Source: a virus | Length of the DNA: 64,000 nucleotides | IMG/VR virus record: IMGVR_UViG_3300015050_001142 | Span: 31,586 to 95,585 of that record | Reading direction: 5' to 3' (one strand) | Part shown: piece by piece, positions 57,366-64,000 of the stretch | Numbering within the stretch: position 1 is the stretch's first letter | How the letters are laid out: every line of letters starts with the position of its first letter | The notes under the pieces: model-generated | What the model was told of the DNA's origin: nothing | What the model saw: the letters and a program-made list of their open reading frames with translations, nothing else | The model's database searches: none | Translations under genes and position numbers: made by a program

Positions 57366-58868
57366 TTATTTTACAATGAATAATTTCTGTTTCGCACGGG
57401 TACTGGCTACATACTTCAAAGAATTACGTTCAGGTATATCTCTATTGGCATTCATATCGAATTCCATTGAGAATACGAATTGATAAGTCGAACCCTGACT
57501 TTTGTGTGAGGTGACACAATAATTATATTTCACCCAGGCAAAATGTTTCTCAACTCCATAGAATTGTTTCCACATTTCTTTCTGATCAAACTGATCTTTA
57601 TTCTTCTTAGCTAATCCTTCAAGAGTAGATCGAATCAAAGTATAATCCTGTTCACTTTCTTCATGCAATACAGTTAATTGGTGAACTTTCTTTTCAGGAG
57701 TTCTCACTGTGATCACATAAACTTTAGGAGTCCAGATTTTTACCTTCTTGCCAATCTCCTGATCTTCAAATGCAGTTTCCTTAGTGAATACTGTTGTACC
57801 ACGATCGATTTCAGTATACTTGATATTAATAACTGTTTCATTAACATCAAGCACTTCAATCTCTTCATTATTCGCAATAACCACTTTGTCTTTTACAACA
57901 AATGGTTTATCCATGATAAGCTGTTCCGCCAACATAAACTTTGGAAGTAAATCTTTCTCATAGATAATTGTACGAATGAAAGAATTAAAGTAATTCACAC
58001 GATCATTACGCCATGCTACAACTTTTGCATAATCAGGATCATCTTTGAATTGCTGTGTCTTGAAGTAGGTACTGAACAAGTCTTTTAACTGTCCCATATT
58101 TTGTGGGAGCAATTCAAGTGCATGTTTGTATTCTTCCTTGAATTCAAAGTCAATATTCTGTTTATGGTGTTGTTGTCGAATAGCTGTAGCATAAGCAATG
58201 ATTGGACTATCTGCAGCTTGACGTTGTGGCTCAGTAAGTACCAGGTGATGAATCTTATGAGATGTTCTACGCTCAGGAATGAATGGTATTGCAAATGCAA
58301 CTCCAGTCTTTTGTTTCTTTCCAACCGGGGGGAGTTGTAAAGAATCACCCATATAGATAACACGTAGTTTTCTATTACTGCGAAGTTCATTTTCAATATG
58401 CTCAAATAAATCATCTCCAAGCATTGAACTTTCATCAACAATAAGAATATCGATTCCATCAATACGTCTTGGTTTACCGCCAAGGTATTCAGGCTCGTAA
58501 GTTACTTTACCGGTGATATGGTTAATCTTCTCTTTCAAACCGAGAAAACTATGTATGGTACCGAAATCAAGAACATCTTTTAATTCAGAACTTTTCTTGA
58601 GTACCCGAACAGCTTTATGTGTCGGTGCTGTCATACCAAAATTGACTCCATCATCAATAATTCGTGCTGATTCAACAACACGATTGATAAGGAATGATTT
58701 ACCGGTACCTGCCCAACCTTCCAGAAGTATTTTACGGTCTTCCTTAGTTCCCAGGCAGAATGGTACAAGCCAATCATGGGCTTCCTGTTGACCAACATTC
58801 AGTTTATACGCTGGTGTGAGATCAACAGATGGCCCATCAAACAGTGAAAATTGTTCTTTATTCTCCAT
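57366..58868 (-). CDS. dda: Dda/RecD-like SF1B helicase
   Basis: GWAGTGKS, APTHKA, IVDESSM, GDSLQLPPV, RQA, TSHKSQGST, YVASTRA. Confidence 0.9.
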   Translation of the reverse strand: MENKEQFSLFDGPSVDLTPAYKLNVGQQEAHDWLVPFCLGTKEDRKILLEGWAGTGKSFLINRVVESARIIDDGVNFGMTAPTHKAVRVLKKSSELKDVLDFGTIHSFLGLKEKINHITGKVTYEPEYLGGKPRRIDGIDILIVDESSMLGDDLFEHIENELRSNRKLRVIYMGDSLQLPPVGKKQKTGVAFAIPFIPERRTSHKIHHLVLTEPQRQAADSPIIAYATAIRQQHHKQNIDFEFKEEYKHALELLPQNMGQLKDLFSTYFKTQQFKDDPDYAKVVAWRNDRVNYFNSFIRTIIYEKDLLPKFMLAEQLIMDKPFVVKDKVVIANNEEIEVLDVNETVINIKYTEIDRGTTVFTKETAFEDQEIGKKVKIWTPKVYVITVRTPEKKVHQLTVLHEESEQDYTLIRSTLEGLAKKNKDQFDQKEMWKQFYGVEKHFAWVKYNYCVTSHKSQGSTYQFVFSMEFDMNANRDIPERNSLKYVASTRAKQKLFIVK

Positions 58869-59427
58869 TGGATATTTTTACAGGTAACTCAGGTTGTGAA
58901 CTACGGAGCCAGATCTTACCACTCTTAAAGAACAGTTGCCCTTCTTGCTTGTTAACATCTGCACGTAATTCGTCTGAAAATAATTTGAATAATGCTTTGT
59001 ATTTCCCGAACCAAATCTTCTTACGATTTTCCTGGGCATAAAGTACCGAATGAATTGAATCGATAACAATACCGAGAAACTCATCGTATTCTTCGGTACC
59101 CTCTTCATTACCAATACGCTGAAGCATATCAAGCAATCGGGCTACATCATGGGATTTAGATTCGTCAGGTTTTCTTACAAGCCAACCTAATACCTTATCA
59201 TCTTTCCCGTGAAGTTCTACCTCTTGGTACGCTTCCAAAGTAAGTTCATCGATTGCACCTATTGCACACAATTTAGCTTTCATAAGAGAAGCTGATAATG
59301 CAGAATTGGGTACATCAACCAATAACTGTTTACCAACATTGAGTTGGAATACGGATCTTAAAATTCTCATCGTAAATACAAAGTCTGCATCTACAGTTGT
59401 CTGTTTGTCTTGAAGTTGTGTTTCCAT
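58858..59427 (-). CDS. Hypothetical protein
   Basis: 189-aa ORF tiling the operon. Confidence 0.6.
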   Translation of the reverse strand: METQLQDKQTTVDADFVFTMRILRSVFQLNVGKQLLVDVPNSALSASLMKAKLCAIGAIDELTLEAYQEVELHGKDDKVLGWLVRKPDESKSHDVARLLDMLQRIGNEEGTEEYDEFLGIVIDSIHSVLYAQENRKKIWFGKYKALFKLFSDELRADVNKQEGQLFFKSGKIWLRSSQPELPVKISNGE

Positions 59428-59437
59428 TTTGGTTTGT

Positions 59438-59905
59438 TTATTGGTTCATCAATTTAGTTACTTCTTCGTAGTCTGTTTTAACTGTAAGTTTCATATGCCG
59501 AAGAGCTTCCGGTAATTTTTCATTTCCTTCAAACGCATAAGAAAATCGTTTTACATTCGACATAATGGTAGTATGGTCTTTATTAAATAATCTACCTAAT
59601 GCAGAAAGAGTATAAAGAGTTGGATTTTTCTTTCTTGCATAATAAGAAAACATTTCTCTTATGTATACAATACCACTATTGTTATCTTTTTTTAATAATG
59701 CACCAAGAGAAAGGTCAGTTCTTAAAATTGCATTTTTATTCGATTTATTATGTAATCTTTCAACATAAACATATCGAGGTATAACAATATTTGCAAATTG
59801 TACAAAAAGATCGTCTAAGGAAATATCCTTTTCTCTTGGTATACCTGGTAATGCATAAGGTGAAGTTTCCAGTATTTTTTTCATAGAATTTATTTTGTCC
59901 AGCAA
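59438..59905 (-). CDS. Protein with DnaA C-terminal (domain IV) HTH
   Basis: IVYIREMFSYYAR...TLSALGRLFNKDHTTIM matches the DnaA signature R..AMYL....SL..IG..F..RDHTTV. Confidence 0.7.
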   Translation of the reverse strand: MLDKINSMKKILETSPYALPGIPREKDISLDDLFVQFANIVIPRYVYVERLHNKSNKNAILRTDLSLGALLKKDNNSGIVYIREMFSYYARKKNPTLYTLSALGRLFNKDHTTIMSNVKRFSYAFEGNEKLPEALRHMKLTVKTDYEEVTKLMNQ

Positions 59906-62097
59906 TGGTAAACAGTTGTATCAGCGCGTAATATCCCTGTTGGAATTACAACTTTACCTGCATCACACATAAGCTTATCCAATATTGGTGCCCATTCTGC
60001 TGTAAATGATTTATGGCAAGTTGTATCAACCTGGTCATGTACCTGCATAACCAATCTTACTTTATGCCAAAGATTATTATCTCTGATATAATTACGGATT
60101 AACACAACTGCAAGCTTACAGATATCAGCTGAAGTACCTTGTACTGGATGATTAGCGCCAGCTTTCTCAATCTCTCCAAGTGTTGGATTATATCGTATTT
60201 CTTCTTCATGCTCAGTAATGAACATTCGATTTTCATACCAATAAGGAAACCAACGTTTACGAAAGAATGGAGCCATTGTTTTTGAATATCCATTAAGGAG
60301 AGTAAAGTGTTTAAGAAATCTAAGAAGACGATTTACAAACGGTAATTTACTAAAGTAAATATCCATCAATGCTTCAGCATCTCTAACAGGTATCTCAAGC
60401 TCACTGGCTAATTTGAATTTACCACCACCATAAATCAACAGAAAGTTAACTGTCTTAATATCGTAGCGAAGTGGTTTATGCTTTTTACAATTACATTTCT
60501 GTTTAGCTTTTTCCAGCACGCCATGTTTGTTGATTTCCATCTTGTAATAAGCACAATCAGGTTCTGCTGCATCAAGCCATTTCTGGCCATAAACGATTTC
60601 AGCACAAATAGAGTGTAAATCCTTTCCATCAGTAACTGCCTCTAACCATGCAGGTTCCTGGCTCATGTATGATACAAGTACCAATTCCTGTGAGATATAA
60701 TCTGAACTTACAAATTCCCAATCAATATCGTGTGGTACGAAAGCGTTTCTATAACGGGTACCAACAAATTCTTTCACAATGATATTCTGCATATTGGGAT
60801 TGGATGATCCAACCCGACCAGTGGATTTAATTTGATCGAAATTAGTTCTCACCATTCCATCACTATCAACATACTTACGAATAAACTCTTCGCCCAGATC
60901 ATTAATCAGTTTCAATGATTGTTTATAAGCTTCCAGATCTTTGAGAATTGGATGATTCCACTTATTGCGCTCTTCTTCCGATAATCCTTTGATTTTAGGT
61001 ACAACACATCTTACCAGGGGAAGTACCTGGTCCGGCGAATTCCAGTTAATAGTGGACTGTCCTTTTGGAATCAGGTACCCATTAGCAATCAGGTACTCTC
61101 TATGATTGAGAATTAATTCTTTCTCAAGCTCAGTATAATCCTTATCAATTGCAGTGAGAAGCATATTACACTTCTCTAATGATAATTCTTTACCGTGATC
61201 ACGAATGTATTTCTTAATCACCGGTTTGGTACCACCTTCAAGATCAGGGAATACCAATTCAAGTAATTCCCTTTTCTGTTGATGAGAATTATAATTGATT
61301 GTGATTCTGTCTTTATCACTTAGGTACCCTAAATCATAAGCCATGAATTCAATACCGGATTTACCATCGCTTAGCCATGTATTCAACTTAGCATGAGCTG
61401 CTTCAACTAATGGTTCAGCGAATTTGATATTATCTCTCCACTTATCTAAATCTAGTTTCATTCCATTAAATGTCATATCAGAGAAACCTAATAAGGCTTC
61501 CATCTCTAATCCAACAACATTCAATAAGCCTTGGGTACTGGCCTCAGCGATCTGTATCCGCCATATTGTATCCAAGTAAGCAACATCAGTAATACCGTAA
61601 TAAATCTTATCATCAGTAATAATGTTGTTACCAAAATTCTTTTGTTCTGTTTTATCCATCATGATACTCAAATATTTCCATGAGATATCCGCTAATGAAT
61701 ATTGCATATTTTCCATTCCACCACGCAAAATCTTTTCCATTACCATAGTACATCGTACATTCTCCAGGATAATTCCCATGAAACGACTTACTATATATTC
61801 AAACTTTGCATTGTGGATGTATTTAACTTTTCTTGCGTCTTCCAGAAGCTCTTTCATTTCTTGCTTCTGTAGATCGGTGAGTGCTGACCACTGAATAAAC
61901 CATTGTATACGTTGATCAGTTACTGAACCAAACTGTAAGGAGATGTAATAGAAATCATTCCATTTCTCGCATACAGGAGTCTCAATATCGAATTGGTACG
62001 CTTTCTGTTCTTTGAACCATTTCTTGAACTCTTCCCAAGTACCACGTTGATAGATTGATTCTTCAATATCAGCGATGAAATAAATTTTTCCAATCAT
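59890..62097 (-). CDS. polA: Family A DNA polymerase with 3'-5' exonuclease
   Basis: FDIET, HNAKFE, YGITD exo motifs; TGRVGSSNPNMQNI; motif A SDYISQE; motif B RYDIKTVNFLLIYG; motif C QVHDQ. Confidence 0.95.
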   Translation of the reverse strand: MIGKIYFIADIEESIYQRGTWEEFKKWFKEQKAYQFDIETPVCEKWNDFYYISLQFGSVTDQRIQWFIQWSALTDLQKQEMKELLEDARKVKYIHNAKFEYIVSRFMGIILENVRCTMVMEKILRGGMENMQYSLADISWKYLSIMMDKTEQKNFGNNIITDDKIYYGITDVAYLDTIWRIQIAEASTQGLLNVVGLEMEALLGFSDMTFNGMKLDLDKWRDNIKFAEPLVEAAHAKLNTWLSDGKSGIEFMAYDLGYLSDKDRITINYNSHQQKRELLELVFPDLEGGTKPVIKKYIRDHGKELSLEKCNMLLTAIDKDYTELEKELILNHREYLIANGYLIPKGQSTINWNSPDQVLPLVRCVVPKIKGLSEEERNKWNHPILKDLEAYKQSLKLINDLGEEFIRKYVDSDGMVRTNFDQIKSTGRVGSSNPNMQNIIVKEFVGTRYRNAFVPHDIDWEFVSSDYISQELVLVSYMSQEPAWLEAVTDGKDLHSICAEIVYGQKWLDAAEPDCAYYKMEINKHGVLEKAKQKCNCKKHKPLRYDIKTVNFLLIYGGGKFKLASELEIPVRDAEALMDIYFSKLPFVNRLLRFLKHFTLLNGYSKTMAPFFRKRWFPYWYENRMFITEHEEEIRYNPTLGEIEKAGANHPVQGTSADICKLAVVLIRNYIRDNNLWHKVRLVMQVHDQVDTTCHKSFTAEWAPILDKLMCDAGKVVIPTGILRADTTVYHCWTK

Positions 62098-62103
62098 CTT
62101 GAA

Positions 62104-62379
62104 TTAGTTTAGTTTTTCATCATCAGCAAATACTCTTGCTTTATTATGCGGTGCAAGTAATCCTGAACCGATATAAGACTCAATTTGTTCATGAGTAATT
62201 TCTGGTTCTTTACCATTGATTACAGCTAATCGTGCGTAACAATATTTGATAACACTTCTGCAAAGTGATGGACTAAGCTGCCTGATATACGAATTCAAAA
62301 ATGTTGCTTGTGCTCTTGCTGTTAATCGCGTAAGTATTTCTACCCACGCATTGAAATCTACATGTTTCTTATCATCCAT
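62104..62379 (-). CDS. Hypothetical protein
   Basis: 91-aa ORF tiling the operon. Confidence 0.55.
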   Translation of the reverse strand: MDDKKHVDFNAWVEILTRLTARAQATFLNSYIRQLSPSLCRSVIKYCYARLAVINGKEPEITHEQIESYIGSGLLAPHNKARVFADDEKLN

Positions 62380-62381
62380 AA

Positions 62382-62681
62382 TTATTCATTTAAAAATATC
62401 ATTCGATATGATTCTAACGCCGGTGGTTTAAAAAATGATGGAGCATCAAAGATTGGATTGTACTGCATTGTAATAGTATATTCTTCAGTTTTACCAAACC
62501 GTCCTTCCATTCTAAGTTGTTCAATGTATAAACGATCGCGTTCCTTACGAGCAGGGATTCCATCACGATATTCTTTCCATTGTTCTTCTGTCCACCATTC
62601 TGCTTCTAAACCAGGATAATAATCTACATCATCAATACCCAATCGAACTGGTACTTTATACTGTTTAAATTCTCCTTCCAT
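62382..62681 (-). CDS. Hypothetical protein (probable start MEGEF at 62681)
   Basis: The longer track ORF runs through the tRNA-like gene; ATG at 62681 lies just downstream of it. Confidence 0.55.
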   Translation of the reverse strand: MEGEFKQYKVPVRLGIDDVDYYPGLEAEWWTEEQWKEYRDGIPARKERDRLYIEQLRMEGRFGKTEEYTITMQYNPIFDAPSFFKPPALESYRMIFLNE

Positions 62682-62695
62682 AATTCTAATTTTTG

Positions 62696-62768
62696 CTGAG
62701 AATCCCGGACTCGAACCGGGGACATAGGGGATTGTCTTCCCTTGCTCTACCAACTGAGCTAATTCTCA
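62696..62768 (-). tRNA. tRNA-like gene with non-canonical anticodon loop (identity undetermined; body resembles tRNA-Phe)
   Basis: TGAGAAT/ATTCTCA acceptor stem, TA, GCTC-AGTTGGTA-GAGC D arm, CCCGG-TTCGAGT-CCGGG T arm, 73 nt, discriminator G, no encoded CCA. Confidence 0.85.
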
Positions 62769-62818
62769 AACCATCTGTTTAACGCTTAACAGCCATAAGC
62801 TGTGCCAGATACGGCAAC

Positions 62819-63361
62819 TTAAATAAAATTCTTCCACATAGCACTTGGTACCGGACGAGCCGGCTGATCAGAATACTTACTATCCTTTTTAAAGTTGTAA
62901 GGATTCTGGCATTTACCTTGCGTTAAGTGAAAATAAATTTGTGCGATTGGCATGTTCGGATAAATTATTACCGGAACAATACAACTAATCTCTAACGTCC
63001 ATGTTCCTTTGAAGCCTACATCACCAAATCCAGCAGTTGCATGAATACTAATACCTAATCTGCCAATAGAAGATTTACCTTCTATACAGGGTACTGTAGT
63101 CTTCGCATGGGTAATTTCATTGGTATATCCTAAGTAGAGATCGCCAGGAATAAGTAAGAATCCATCTTCTGGAATTTCATTAGTTATATATCCTGTTGGT
63201 TCTTTTCTACAATCCAATGTAATACTGCTTGGATAATGATAAAGTGTTGGACCAAGTGTAAGATCATAGCTATTAGATCCCAGTCTGTTTCTGTCGAAGG
63301 GTTTAATTTCAATATCCCCTACCTTCATTGCATTGAGGATACTTTGGTCTACTAATACCAT
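62819..63361 (-). CDS. dcd: dCTP deaminase
   Basis: SYDLTL, EGKSSIGRLG, AGFGDVGFKGTWTLEI, IAQIYF, KY..Q. Confidence 0.92.
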   Translation of the reverse strand: MVLVDQSILNAMKVGDIEIKPFDRNRLGSNSYDLTLGPTLYHYPSSITLDCRKEPTGYITNEIPEDGFLLIPGDLYLGYTNEITHAKTTVPCIEGKSSIGRLGISIHATAGFGDVGFKGTWTLEISCIVPVIIYPNMPIAQIYFHLTQGKCQNPYNFKKDSKYSDQPARPVPSAMWKNFI

Positions 63362-63385
63362 ATATTTCTTGAATTTAATTTCGTG

Positions 63386-63661
63386 CTAAAGTGTTGTTAC
63401 AATCATCCTGCCATTCTTCTTTGCATTAGTAATAATCTTGTTCTTGATCATAAAATCAAGGGTAGCAATATTACATAATTGAACTGATGAATCCAAAGAA
63501 AATGCACCATTTTCATTGTTAAGTTCAGTACGTTCAAAGATGAGAAATCCATCTTTCACTTCTTTGATCTCTTGAGGTAAGATCTGCATTGGCTGCATAC
63601 CAATTACCATCATTGTACAGAGATCCCAATCCTTTGCTGTTAGTCTTTCAAACTGTGTCAT
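63386..63661 (-). CDS. Hypothetical protein
   Basis: 91-aa ORF; 4-nt overlap with the upstream gene. Confidence 0.55.
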   Translation of the reverse strand: MTQFERLTAKDWDLCTMMVIGMQPMQILPQEIKEVKDGFLIFERTELNNENGAFSLDSSVQLCNIATLDFMIKNKIITNAKKNGRMIVTTL

Positions 63662-63912
63662 TCTTCTTTCTTTTGTTCGTTAAATGCAATAGATACAAGA
63701 CCAGCTGGTGGTACATATATCAGTGTCTCATGTATAGGTAATGGTATTCTACCTACTATCAATTGGTACCATACTCCACCTGATTCTTCATCGAGCTTCA
63801 AGTGGCTGCATTCGGTATTAAGAATACTAAGTGTGCTGTTATTGGTACCAGCAAATACTCTGATCGCATAGATACCGCGAGTATTTGCTTCAAGCATTCT
63901 TTTCGTTATCAT
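63658..63912 (-). CDS. Hypothetical protein
   Basis: 84-aa ORF tiling the operon. Confidence 0.55.
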   Translation of the reverse strand: MITKRMLEANTRGIYAIRVFAGTNNSTLSILNTECSHLKLDEESGGVWYQLIVGRIPLPIHETLIYVPPAGLVSIAFNEQKKEE

Positions 63913-64000
63913 AGTGAAGTTATTTTACGGGAGTTGTTGTTTGATCTACTGTAATACATACCAAACGAAATTTATACTTCTTATGTTTCTTACGCATATC

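Noticed and set aside
62682-62753. N-terminal extension of the 123-aa ORF (MVEQGKTIPY...)
   Set aside because: It is the tRNA-like sequence read in frame; the ATG at 62681 is the more plausible start
62819-63361. dCTP deaminase as evidence for uracil- or hypermodified-DNA
   Set aside because: Common phage dTTP-supply enzyme; no base-modification genes seen in this window
1-64000. Stop-codon reassignment (TAG=Gln or TGA=Trp), as in some crAss-like phages
   Set aside because: Genes are full-length and tile densely in code 11; TAG (rIIB, ORF 63386) and TGA (ATGA overlaps) serve as real stops; no suppressor tRNA seen
1-64000. Introns, inteins, homing endonucleases, DGR/reverse transcriptase, integrase or CRISPR array
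   Set aside because: TerL, MCP, DnaB, primase and PolA appear uninterrupted; no LAGLIDADG/HNH/GIY-YIG, RT or integrase motifs and no spaced direct repeats recognised

Overview
The whole window is a contiguous part of a crAss-like (Crassvirales-type) Bacteroidota phage genome in the standard genetic code. The + strand (1-43.8 kb) is the virion module: 5'-truncated terminase, portal, scaffold-like protein, major capsid protein, ring and auxiliary capsid proteins, a split muzzle/tail-stabilisation gene, five ejected 'cargo' proteins (the last a 3899-aa virion RNA polymerase with the DFDxD motif), hub-like proteins, an SGNH-containing fibre and small membrane proteins. The - strand (43.9-64 kb) is the replication module: 5'-3' exonuclease, resolvase-like nuclease, rIIA/rIIB, primase, AAA ATPase, DnaB, SF2 and Dda-like helicases, a DnaA-domain-IV protein, PolA, dCTP deaminase and one tRNA-like gene. 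The two modules converge on a hairpin terminator. The most unusual signals are: (i) roughly ten-fold, frame-independent enrichment of the palindrome GGTACC; (ii) a fibre/esterase with a Sec signal peptide; (iii) nearly Cys-free cargo proteins with two Cys facing each other across a gene junction; (iv) macro-like and zincin domains on the virion RNAP; (v) a tRNA with a perfect body but a non-canonical anticodon loop; (vi) a split muzzle gene with nested insertions. All assignments come from motif recognition and synteny by eye; no searches were run and counts are manual.
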